Below, one piece after another: positions 1 to 16,503 of a stretch of DNA of 64,000 nt; positions within the stretch are counted from its first letter, which is position 1; the number at the start of each line of letters is the position of its first letter. Source of the stretch: Eledone cirrhosa (lineage: Eukaryota); contig OZ024749.1 in assembly GCA_964016885.1 (NCBI GenBank), positions 54,560,001 through 54,624,000 of the forward strand. Reading direction: 5' to 3'. The notes beneath the pieces were generated by a model that saw nothing but the letters and a program-made list of their open reading frames with translations, made no database searches and was not told the DNA's origin. The translations under genes and the position numbers were made by a program.

Positions 1-914
1 ATATAAATACACATATACATACCAGTATGTAAACAAACATTTGTACATCAATGCACGCACACAGATAACTATATGTACAAGTCTATAAACACGCGTGTGT
101 GTGTTTATATATATAATATAGTCATCCCTAAGTGGAGGTACACACACACTGGGGGCTTTATGTCATGGCACCAGTACAACTACCTTTCAAGGTGGACTTG
201 GTGCTTTTTGTCATAATACAGCATATACATATATACAAATCTGAATATATGTACACACAAATATGCATGTATGTACACTCACAACTCACAATATATATAC
301 TCACACAAATATGCATATAGGTAAAACACATATCACCTTGACCGACCAGTCTGTCGGGCACCAATCGGTGCCGCTGGTCACAGCACGTCGTGCTGTTTTA
401 GCCATAAGATAACGCCATCCCACTGGCTGGGCGGGGCAGGCCAGTACTCATTTCTACAGCTGAGTAAACTGGAGCAACGTGAAGTAAAGTGTCTTGCTCA
501 AGGAAACAACACATAACCCGGTCCGAGAATATATATATATATATATAGTGTGTGTGTACACACATACACTATATATATATCATCATGATTTTGAATGTTT
601 TCCCTCCTGATGTGGGTTAGCTAAGTCAAGATAGTCTGAACCAAGGAGACAGTTTAGATAAACACCTTCTCTTATACACTCCATACTTTGTAATGGTTAC
701 TATAGGATTCCCTTACTAAAGCCTGCTACTTTACAGAGTATACTGGGTGCACACCAGCTTGACACCAAACACTATATAGATTGCACCATCTACTGCAGTT
801 TTAAAGCATCTCTCACCACATGTGCTTTTAGTATTGCAGTGTTTATACTGATGGGCAGGTCTTTCCTAGCATATATACACACGTGTATATATGTGTGTGG
901 GAGAGAGAAGACAA

Positions 915-960
<46 letters not shown>

Positions 961-1306
961 GTCTAACCCATGCTAGCGTTGAAGAACGGACGTAAAACGA
1001 TGATGATGATGATATATATATATATATAGTGCCACCCTAGCAAGCAGGGAAAAGCGGACATAAAATGATGATGATGATGATATATATATATATATATATA
1101 TAGCGAGAGAGAGAGAGAGCTTATCTGTGAATCAAGAATGTTATATGTAAAATGGAGGTGTGACTTATCTACCTGTGTTACTGATTTAGAAGTAAATAAT
1201 TAATATATATTTACACACTGGGGTCGATTTAATTACCTTTCCCCTCCAATGCAAGCATGGAACAACAGACGTAAAATAATGATGATATATATATATATAT
1301 ATATAT

Positions 1307-1511
1307 ATAGGAACGAGTAGGACCCCGACGGCTGAGCTCAAGCCGTTTCGACGGCTAATTCTGGACTAAATTTAGTCCAGAATTAGCCGTCGAAACGGCT
1401 TGAGCTCAGCCGTCGGGGTCCTACTCGTTCCTATTACCCACTCTACCACCCTAAGTATTGAGCACTTTGGTGCGTTATGGTCCATCTGGTTCCTTACCAC
1501 ATCTCCTTCGT

Positions 1512-1512
<1 letters not shown>
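1307..1512 (+). mobile_element. GC-rich foldback element: perfect 128-bp palindrome (1307-1434) plus ~75-bp unique tail, inserted in (TA)n
   Basis: Arms are exactly complementary around 1370/1371. Related copies at 52062-52235 and 49880-49940. Confidence 0.85.
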
Positions 1513-1537
<25 letters not shown>

Positions 1538-1542
<5 letters not shown>

Positions 1543-1750
1543 GTGCCAGGAAATGCCAGTTGAAGGAAGACGTGGTAGAGGTAGACCACAAAAAACATGG
1601 GCGGAGGTGATGAGAACAGACCTCAGATCGCTGAAGCTCACGGTGGAGATGATGAAGGACCGTGACAAGTGGAGAGATGATGTGCTGAATAAGACCCGTC
1701 CCACCCTTGCAAGCAGAGAAAAGCGGACGTAAAATGATGATGATGATGAT
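1538..1750 (+). mobile_element. RTE 3'-end fragment (KCQEMPVEGRRGRGRPQKTW...)
   Basis: GRPxKTW motif followed by the GGACGTAAAATGATG tail. Confidence 0.8.
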
Positions 1751-2616
1751 ATATATATATATACAGGTTTAGTTAGCCTTCTTTCTACGAAGTTGAATCT
1801 CAGGTTTCTCTGGTGTATTTTAATGATAGGGTGATGGCCAGAAATTGAACCCACAACCTTAGGATAGTAAGTCCAACATCCTAACCCACCCCACCTTCAC
1901 TGCTAGAACATTGTCTATTACATATGAAGGCTTCTTGTGGTAGATATAACAAGTATTTTTTAATTAAAAGCCAGGACTGTGAAATTAATGAACTGTGAAG
2001 AGGAAACACTTTAAAAAACAAATTAAGGAGCAGTTTTTTTATTAACCCTAACTAATCCCTAACCCTTAGAATTTTAATGTTTTATTCAACAAACTATATA
2101 CAGCTATTACAATGTGGAAATGTACACACACAAAAACTGATATATTAACTTTTCACTTCCTGTTGTTGACATTTTCATCACACCTGAGACCTGGTCATGA
2201 AATTACTATATATACTCGAATATAAGTCTCCCACCTCCCTATATAATAATGAAAATTATTGTGTACAGTGTTCAGGTGCACTACAACTAATCAAAGGTGC
2301 ATGTATAGTACATAGAATAATGTACAAATGACAATGACCAGGTCACAGAGGTGTGACCATAATTTTTGACACCACCAAATAAATAGTGAATACAACAGTT
2401 TGTGTGTGTGTGTGCATGTTTGTATGTGTGTATATATATGTGTGTATGTAATGGCTAAAATGGCTGTTCCATGAGATAAATTAGAAACAGTTATAAACAT
2501 AAAACGATGAAGATTATTTTGTTGTTAATTTGTTTGTTTGTTGCTTTTGTGACAAAACTAATATATTTCTCTCTCTCTCTCTTTCTATCTATCTATCTCT
2601 CTCAAAGACAGCCAAC

Positions 2617-4104
2617 ATGCAGCGAGATGCGTTCCTTCTGTCAGTGGTACTTCTCTATTGCATCATTTTCCTCTTGCTGCACTCCCATCTTAAAAAAGTG
2701 AACAACCCTGTGACGAAAAGACTCAGTGCCATGAAAGAAGAGAATTACCACTCAGATAAAACTACTGCAACAACAACAACAGAAACTGTACTGATACAAC
2801 AAGAACAAATAGCAAATCTACAACAACCATTTCCAAAACTACATGGATATAAAGGTAATTATATAATTAAACGTAATTACAGCGAAGCAAATATATACAC
2901 ACCTCCATCCAGAAAACCCAAGCTGGAAAATAATTCAGATTTGAAAAAAAATTGTTCAAAATGCAAGAAGCTGCCACATTCTGGAAGTTTCCAAAATATA
3001 TCAGGTATTTTTGTATTGGCCACATTTTATGACCAAAGAATTTCTTCCAAGCATCAAATTCGTATTTTAGCCATACAACATGCTAACGATAAACGTAAAC
3101 TTGTCTGCTGGTTTAGAAACGGTACATATTTGGTCCAGTCATATGCCAGTAAATATGAGATGTGTGAGAACCATGGACGTAAATATGGAGGCTGGATATA
3201 TTCGTGTTCAATACCGAAAGGGATCACGTTAGTTGAAGTTGTCTACCTGTCTCTCCCTACTGATAGTATCCTTGCCCCGCTAACAAAAATGGATTTAATT
3301 TCACTCACCAAAACAGGAACTAAGAAAACATTCGGAGTTTGTATACCTCCTTTGTTTGGCTCGATAGGAATGACAAAACTTGTACAATTTTTAGAACTGA
3401 ATCGAATTTTAGGAGCCTCGCATTTCCATTTTTATCTCCACAATGCTTCTAGCAGTGTTCGAATTATACTAAAACATTATGCCAAGTTAAATTTAGCCAC
3501 ACTTTTTGAATGGGAGCTTCCTTCAGTGATAACAAACAACAACATATGGTACCATGGACAACTTCTGGCAATACAAGACTGTCTCTATAGAAATATGGCG
3601 AATTTCCAGTTCCTACTATTCTCAGACTTAGACGAATTTGTCATCCCACGTAAAACATATACATGGCCGAGATTAGTAAATTATATGAAAGACTTGAATA
3701 AAAATTACACCAGTACCAGTAAGGACTCTCTAGGATTCTCTTTCAAAAGTGCATTCTTTGACCCTTGGCAGACCCCAGACACAGGCCAACAGTTGAGTTA
3801 TTTACAAAGACTACAACGAAGCAAATCAATTAGTAATGTTCGAACGAAGGTTATGATACAACCTGAGAAAGTATTTGAGTTAGGGATTCATCACGTGAGC
3901 AAACCAATATGGGACAATTCAAGTATAACTAACATCAGTCCAGATATAGCAATGATACATCATTATCAACCATGTATGGTGAGGTATGAACCAAAAATGC
4001 AATGTTCACCAAAAATAAGAGACGCAACAATTCTCAAATACACAAAGCAACTCAAAATAAATTACAATCAAAGAGTTAAGGAATTATTCAAAGATTTCTG
4101 GTGA
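2617..4104 (+). CDS. Glycosyltransferase family 92 (DUF23, GALT-1-like beta-1,4-galactosyltransferase); type II membrane protein, 495 aa, single coding exon
   Basis: Open frame inside ORF 2530..4104. The likely start is ATG 2617 (GCCAACATG context), just after a polypyrimidine tract and AG at 2606-2607. It has an N-terminal TM segment (FLLSVVLLYCIIFLLL) and a Thr/Gln-rich stem. GT92 motifs follow: CIPPLFG, FLELNRILGASHFHFY, WYHGQLLAIQDCLYR, DxD motif FSDLDEFVIPR, RTKVMIQP..GIHH and HHY. ATTAAA at 4145-4150. Confidence 0.9.
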   Translation: MQRDAFLLSVVLLYCIIFLLLHSHLKKVNNPVTKRLSAMKEENYHSDKTTATTTTETVLIQQEQIANLQQPFPKLHGYKGNYIIKRNYSEANIYTPPSRKPKLENNSDLKKNCSKCKKLPHSGSFQNISGIFVLATFYDQRISSKHQIRILAIQHANDKRKLVCWFRNGTYLVQSYASKYEMCENHGRKYGGWIYSCSIPKGITLVEVVYLSLPTDSILAPLTKMDLISLTKTGTKKTFGVCIPPLFGSIGMTKLVQFLELNRILGASHFHFYLHNASSSVRIILKHYAKLNLATLFEWELPSVITNNNIWYHGQLLAIQDCLYRNMANFQFLLFSDLDEFVIPRKTYTWPRLVNYMKDLNKNYTSTSKDSLGFSFKSAFFDPWQTPDTGQQLSYLQRLQRSKSISNVRTKVMIQPEKVFELGIHHVSKPIWDNSSITNISPDIAMIHHYQPCMVRYEPKMQCSPKIRDATILKYTKQLKINYNQRVKELFKDFW

Positions 4105-4322
4105 TATAAATCCTTTGAATTGTATTTAAAGATCAAAAGCAGGCATTAAAATGGTAAGTTTATAAAAAAGAATCATTGCTTTAATCACAAATCCTTTTTT
4201 TTTCCTAAAAAAACTTCCCAAAACTCAAATAATTTACCAACAGACATACGGGTGGTATTTTTACATTGCCCCATGTATGATGAACAGAAATAGAAAAATG
4301 AACTAAATGCCTGGTTTCAATA

Positions 4323-4372
<50 letters not shown>

Positions 4373-4417
4373 GGTGGGTTCCCGATCTATGTCGAGAGGT
4401 GACCACAGTTAAAAAAA

Positions 4418-4570
4418 GGTACTCAATACATTAGTAGAGTATAGGCATATTTATTTTATTATAGAAATGACTTTTACAGGACTAGAACTGTTACATTTAT
4501 GAGAAATTGTTGTGATGATTTTTTATGAATGAAACGGTTCAAGTCCTGTAGAAGTCATTCCTATAATAAA
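4418..4570. mobile_element. Imperfect foldback (4455-4570) with degenerate hammerhead-like core; related fragments at 36710-36740 and 37133-37184
   Basis: TTTATTATAGAAATGACTTTTACAGGACTAGAACTG pairs with CGGTTCAAGTCCTGTAGAAGTCATTCCTATAATAAA. The right arm reads gTGATGA...GAAAC...GTC. Confidence 0.6.
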
Positions 4571-4908
4571 TCATCATCATCATCATTTTACGTCCACTTT
4601 TCCCTGCTTGCAAAGGTGGGACAGGAACTGATTCTGGCTTGATTTCTACAGCTGGATGCCCTTCCTAACACCAACCTCATTTTTACAGTGTGGCTGGGTG
4701 CTTTTTTGCCATGGCACCTCCACGACCACTTTACAGTGGAATGATATGGACCCCAGTCCTATCATCTCATTTCTACAGCTGAGTAAACTGGTGCAATGTG
4801 AAGTAAAGTGTCTTGCTCAAGGAAACAACACATCACCCAGTCTGAGAATTGAACTCACAACCTTTCGATTGCAAGCCCAATGCTCTAACCACTAAGCCAT
4901 GTGCCTCC

Positions 4909-4909
<1 letters not shown>
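4571..4909 (-). mobile_element. Same CORE/RTE-tail SINE family as 16158-16503
   Basis: Reverse-complement similarity throughout. Confidence 0.85.
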
Positions 4910-4947
<38 letters not shown>

Positions 4948-6024
4948 CACATAGACACATGCATGTATAAATGATATACACCTTTCTACACACTATTCAT
5001 ATCAGATAACTGAAATCTATGGCAAAATCCGGTTTATGTAATATTTGTCTTTCTCTTTCTGAAGTTCTGTAAAATTACTTGGATTAAACATGTCATAGAT
5101 GTATGTATACAGTTAAAAAAAAACAGAACATCCTGTATAATTAATTACATGAATTAAGTACATGAATGGTCTACCAATTATATGTGTGTATATATATATA
5201 CACAGACACACAGGATTTATCTGTGTTTAATATCCTACAGATAGAGATATCAGCCTGATAATTAATTCTTTAAAGTTATCTTCTGCATTCCATCATAATT
5301 TTAATTTACACACACACTCATATATATATATATGATGATGATGATACACACACATATTCTGTTAGAAAAAATGTCACCACACCCTACAATGAAATCGTAA
5401 ATGATTTACTATAATATTTCCACACAAATTTGTACATTTAGAGCAGAAAGGATGCCAAGTGCAGTTAGTAGCATGCTTGTGGGCATATGTGCATACCACA
5501 GATGGTTGGGCTGAGTCAATAGAGGAGCAGTGAGTTTATGTAACATACCACTATTTTTTTGCTGTAATTGGTGACAGCTAAAGCAGTTGAACTCCCAGAG
5601 GAGACCAAATCCACATGGCTTTTAGTCAGATTATATACTGTGATAAAGTTTCATAAGGGGCTGAGTTTGTGTGTGAGGGGATATTACAACAAAAACAAAA
5701 AAATGTTGAGGTTTTGCTGACAGATATGAGGGACTTAGAAGCAGATGTTGTTATGTCTCACACCTACATGGGTTTAACCAGCATCCTATAAGGTTTCTTG
5801 AGTGTTTTAATGATAAGAACTCCAGTCCTATCAGAACAGATGGAGTATTAAATATGGTGTCTCTGTCATCTGGTTTATGGTGGCATGATAGGACTTGGCC
5901 TCCTATCAACCACGAAACCTCCCATGAGATCCATCGGCTTAAGAAGATGTCTCAACAACAAAATACACACATACAAACCAAGAGGTGCTAAAAACTTGTT
6001 TTCAAATCAACAAGAATCTATATT

Positions 6025-6514
6025 ATCATATTTCTAATAAAAGACACTGCCTATGTTTAACCCTTTCATTACCGTATTTTTAGTGAATGACATTGTCTAT
6101 GTTTAACCCTTTCATTACAATATTTGTAATGAGATACACTGCCTATGCCATTAACCCTTTCAATACCAAATTTCTAAAGACACTGCCTAAGCTTAACCCT
6201 TTCAATACCATATTTCTAACAAAAGACACTGTCTATGATTTTCAAATAATTTTGAAAATCATAGACTGTCTTTTTTTCTCAAGAAATATAAATATGATAA
6301 ACAAATTCTTACATAAAATAATTATTTCTACTTTTGGCACAAGGCCAGCAATTAACCAGTGCATTACTGGTACTTTATTTTATCGACCCCGTAAGGATGA
6401 AAGGCAAAGTTAAATAATGATGGAAAGGTTTTAGATAAATAGAAACACTGTAAAATAAACAGTTTTATATCATAGAACAATGGATTAGTTCCAATTTAGT
6501 ATCAAAAGGGTTAT
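6025..6514. mobile_element. piggyBac-like MITE with tandemly amplified left end (~45-bp units, 6025-6240) and an internal SINE fragment (6324-6411)
   Basis: Repeated TTAACCCTTTCA.TACC...GACACTGCCTA units; closing ATCAAAAGGGTTA at ~6501-6513. Confidence 0.55.
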
Positions 6515-7244
6515 AAACAGCTTTATAAGACACTACACTGCTCAATCACAATAATATTGCACAAATAATTATCTTAATATATCAGGGAAGAAGATATTAA
6601 AATTAATGAAAATACAAAAATATAAAAACAAAACAAAACAAAATGTCAGTCAGACATTTCTTTTCTTTTTTTTTTTTAAATTCTATTTTGTTTCTGTTTG
6701 ATGAAACATATTGTTAATTCTTAATTATATTTATTTATAAAAACAAAAAATTATGTTAAAAAATTAAAACTTTAATATTTATTGCTTTAAGTCTTTGTTT
6801 TAACATGTGTATTGATATGTGTGTGTGAGTATCTATATGTGTTTGCGTGTATGTGTGAGTATGCGTGTATATCCATGTGTGTGTGTGTGAGTGTATGTAT
6901 CTATATGTGTGTTTGTGTGTGTGAGTATCTGTGTGTTTGTGAGTATATCCATGTGTGAGTGTGTGTTTGTATTTGTGTATGTGTAAATGTTTGTGAAGAA
7001 CCCCACAAGGTATGTAAAGTTGTGGAAGAAGAAGACCAAGAAAGATGGTGACAAGGTGACAACTGATCTCAAGAAAAGAAACTCAACCTCACAAAGGAAA
7101 TGACAAATGGAGAGATGCTGTACTGAAGAGGATTCTTTAAACACATGCAAGCATGTAAAAACAGATGTAGGAATGATAGTGTGTCTATAAGTGTGTTCAT
7201 ATAAAGTTTATTCACGTGACCTATATATGTCACATCAGTCTTCT

Positions 7245-7420
7245 GCCTGCTAGTGATACCATGTAACCCAGTACAACTTGTTTCATGCTCAGGTGATCGG
7301 TAACTAACCCAGCTCCTCTACCAGACCATGGTCTGGTAGAGGAGGGTAAGTGGAGCCCAGCAATACAAAAATCAGATCTTTAAAAAGGGTGGATGAATTC
7401 ATCAGAGTTAACAGCCATGC
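7245..7420 (+). mobile_element. Diverged copy of the 11203-11810 head; includes a perfect 32-bp palindrome at 7313-7344
   Basis: CATGTAACCCAGTACAAC and AAAGGG...AGAGT.AA..GCCAT align with the reverse complement of 11625-11795. Confidence 0.55.
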
Positions 7421-7790
7421 ACCCCAACTGTGGGTTAAATAGTATCAGCAACCCACAATTGGCCAGGAGTGGTGAGTATGGTCCCTCAAGACATGACCAA
7501 AACCAAATAGAAAGTGCTTGAGATCAACCAGGAGGGGTTCCTTCAACAAAAGTGAGAAAATCCTAGATTGGATTGTAGGGATTAGTAAAAAAAAAAAATC
7601 AAGTGAGCTTTTCATTATTATTTAAAGTTTGGAATATAATTTAAGAAATTATAACGAGGGATTTGAATTGAAAGATGAACATTGTAAAATAAGTGTTTTT
7701 TGTATAACAGAAGAAGTGGTTGGAGGTAGGATGGTGTCAAAAGGTTAAAATCTAATAAATTATATACCAACACCATTTAACATCCATCTT

Positions 7791-8380
7791 TAAGGTCTAT
7801 ATACCTCTATAGCTCTAAGGTCTATATATCTCTATAGCTCTAAGGTCTATACACCTCTATAGCTCTAGGGTCTATACACCTCTATAGCTCTAAGGTCTAT
7901 ACACCTCTATAGCTCTAAGGTCTATACACCTCTATAGCTCTATACACCTCTATAGCTCTAAGGTCTATACACCTCTAAGGTCTATACACCTCTATAGCTC
8001 TAAGGTCTATACACCTCTATAGCTCTAAGATCTATACACTTGTATAGCTGTAAGGTCTATACACCTCTATAGCTGTAAGGTTTATACACCTCTATAGCTG
8101 TAAGGTCTATATATCTCTATAGCTGTAAGGTCTATATATCTCTATAGCTGTAAGGTCTATATATCTCTATAGCTCTAAGGTCTATACACCTCTATAGCTC
8201 TAAGGTCTATACACCTCTATAGCTCTAAGGTCTATACACCTCTATAGTTCTAAGGTCTATATATCTCTATAGCTCTAAGGTTTATATATCTCTATAGCTC
8301 TAAGGTCTATACACCTCTATAGCTCTAAGGTCTATATATCTCTATAGCTGTAAGGTCTATATATCCCTGAAGCTGTAAAG
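7791..8380. repeat. 25-bp minisatellite (TAAGGTCTATACACCTCTATAGCTC)n, about 23 units
   Basis: Direct reading; period 25 at 7791, 7816 and 7841. Confidence 0.95.
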
Positions 8381-8505
8381 CTTCAGAAAAGATTACCAAA
8401 TTTGATGGGATTTTAAGGGAGTGGAATGGCAGGCTTAAATACAATAATTGGAATGTACTCAAGTGTTTTTTCGTTTGATTTTACATATAGATATATATAT
8501 ATATA

Positions 8506-8873
8506 TCATCATCATCATCAACGTTTAACGTCCGTGTTCCACGCTTGCATGGGTTTGGACGGGGGTAGTCCCACTTGAGGCAAGAGTGACTGTCTTGCTC
8601 GCATAGGACTGTCTGGCAGGTTTTCTACAGTTGGATGCCCTTCCTAACACCAACCACATTTACAGTGTGGGTCTGGGAGGTTTTTACCGTGTTGCCTACA
8701 CGGCCACATTACAGCGTGGACTGTGTGTTTTTTTGTCGTGACACCTACACGATCTCATTTGTTTCGGCCTGGATGGCGCGGCACCAACATAACTTTACAT
8801 AGAACGGGGTGGTGTGGATGGGGTGGGGGTGGTGGTGGTGGGACGGGGTGTATTTTGTTAGAGATCCCTACTG
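8506..8873 (-). mobile_element. RTE 3' UTR copy, nearly identical to 28927-29270
   Basis: TCATCATCAACGTTTAACGTCCGTGTTCCACGCTTGCATGGG... is shared throughout. Confidence 0.9.
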
Positions 8874-11202
<2,329 letters not shown>

Positions 11203-11810
11203 TGGTGGCTGCCAACTCGTTTTCGAGTACGGCCACTACTTTATATCCATGTAGGAGAACCCCTACCGATGCGCTGAACGAGTGTGACTTTTTAGTCCAG
11301 CCAGCGACTTGAAAACTCTGGTACAAACACTACACTTGTGACAATTACTGACACATAGTGCTGGGCCCATGGTACCATGTGACGACAAGTGCAGAGAGAT
11401 CTCCAGATATAAAGCAATGCCTGTGCCGTGAAGCTTTTATAGTGAGCAAAGGCACTGCACAAAGCCAGTCCCACTCTCTTAACCAAGATGATATTTACCA
11501 AAAAGAAGAACAAGTCAACATCATTGGATACCATCAGGGTTGCAGGTGTTATATCAGAGTTTTCCTTCTCCTAGAATTCTGCCTTGACAAAGGCTAAGGG
11601 GTCATCTCTCCCGGTGATTTTGGATGGCCATTGACTCTTAAGAGCTCCTTTGCCCTTTGACAGGTTTTGTTTTTAGTCCTGCAGGATGTCCAAAGTCACC
11701 CTCCTCACCAAGAAACCTTGGTGGGGTTGCCAGTTTAGTCGCCAACGACCCGACCATGGGACAGGTTGTACTGGGATACATGTTACCAGTAGCACCAACT
11801 GGTGACCTGA
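11203..11810 (-). mobile_element. Non-autonomous bipartite RTE-derived element (structured 5'-UTR-like head plus 3' end encoding the RTE C2H2 finger)
   Basis: The minus strand ends with [25 protein letters not shown] and a short 3' UTR. The head has several hairpins and GGAGAAGGAAAACTCTGA. A diverged homologue of the head lies at ~7245-7420 (+). Confidence 0.65.
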
Positions 11811-14450
<2,640 letters not shown>

Positions 14451-15468
14451 TTTGAATAACTTTGAAATGTTTTGGCCAGTATTGGCCCAGGCCATGTCTA
14501 ACTTAATAGCACCACCTGGCGAAGTCTTTCAATTCAGGATTTGGGCACCATGGCCCATTCGAGAAGAGAATTACTGTTTGCGGAGACATATCCGGGTGTG
14601 GGTGGTTTGTCCGGGATTACTTGGAGGAATTTGTCCAAAGACTTCTTGAATTTTGTGTGGTCAGTTTCTGTTTTGACGTGTCCTGGTGTGATGTTGAAGA
14701 GAGCAGGGCCGATTGAGGTGAAATAATTGTGCCGTATTGTTGTTATGAGTTGCGATTTAGATTTTTGAATGGGACGGATAGCACGGGGCCCAAGCCTTGG
14801 GTGTATCTTGAAGGCGATGCCAACATCATTTGGGCAGTGATGATGGAACATTTTCCACATCATGCAGATAATATAACGCTCACGGCGACGTTGGAGTGAG
14901 TAAAGTTTCAGGTTTTCCAATCGACCCCAGTAGTCAAGGTCTGACATGCCATCTATCTTTTTCGTGATTGCCCTTTGAGGAGCTTCAAGTTTCATGATAC
15001 TTTGTTTCGTGTGGGGAGACCACAGTGGACAACAGTATTCAAGGTGTGGTCGGGCGAAAGTAGAGAAGAGAAGGATAATGGTGCGGGAATCTCTCGACTG
15101 GAAGGTTCTGAGGATCCAGGAACACATTCTGCGGGCCATGTCAACTTTGCTGCTTATATGCGTGGTCCAGCTTATGTTGCTGTCCACGGTTACTCCCAAG
15201 TCTCTGATGTTGTTAGATGCCACGAGAGTTTCCCCGGAGGGAAGGGAGTACGGGAGTTTCAGAGCATCCTCTTTTCCAAAGTGGATCAGTTCGAATTTGT
15301 CTTCGTTCAGTAACATGTTGTTCTTTTCTGCCCATTGGGTAACAGCCAGTAGGTCTGACTGAAGGCTTATCCGGTCATCCACGCCATTGATGACCTTTTG
15401 GAGCTTGGAATCATCAGCGAAAATTTTAATGTTGCTGTGTTTGATGATGTCAGTGATGTCATTAATAT
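14451..15468 (-). mobile_element. CR1-type LINE, 5'-truncated 3' fragment with open RT C-terminus (stop at 14534)
   Basis: YINDI...[38 protein letters not shown] and YSLQRRRER; embedded between (TA)n arrays. Confidence 0.9.
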
Positions 15469-16157
<689 letters not shown>

Positions 16158-16503
16158 TGGAACCACATGGCTTAGTGGTTAGAGCATTGGCCTTGTAATC
16201 GAAAGGTTGTGAGTTCAATTCTCAGACCGGGTGATGTGTTGTTTCCTTGAGCAAGAAACTTTATTTCACATTACTCCAGTTTATTCAGCTGTAGAAATGA
16301 GACGATAGGGACTGGGGTCCATATCATTCCACTGTAAAGTAGTCGTGGAGGTGCCACGGCAAAAAAGCACCCAGCACTCACTGTAAATGAGGTTGGTGTT
16401 AGGAAGGGCATCCAGCTGTAGAAATCAAGCCAGAATCAGTTCCCGTCCCACCCTTGCAAGCAGGGAAAAGTGGACGTAAAATGAAATGATGATGAATGAT
16501 GAT
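16158..16503 (+). mobile_element. tRNA-derived SINE: A/B boxes, CORE-like domain and RTE-derived tail
   Basis: TGGCTTAGTGG (A box), GAGTTCAATTC (B box) and CCTTGAGCAAG..ACTT (CORE-like). The tail matches the RTE 3' UTR at 27250-27400 and ends in (ATG)n. Confidence 0.85.

Noticed and set aside
2043-2067. Telomere-like TAACCC repeats
   Set aside because: Only two or three degenerate units, expected by chance.
2530-2616. N-terminal 29 aa of the tracked 524-aa ORF
   Set aside because: Non-ATG start running through a CT/TATC tract that looks like an intron 3' end; ATG 2617 is preferred.
7791-8380. Regular short repeats as a CRISPR array
   Set aside because: Units are contiguous with no unique spacers, and the context is eukaryotic with no cas genes.
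11700-11810. Canonical HDV-like or twister ribozyme call
   Set aside because: P2-, P4- and J4/2-like pieces exist, but I could not place P1 or a proper P3/L3. Kept only as an unassigned structured head.
16158-16235. tRNA gene (also the heads of the other SINEs)
   Set aside because: A/B boxes are present, but there is no complete cloverleaf and the sequence continues into SINE body and tail.
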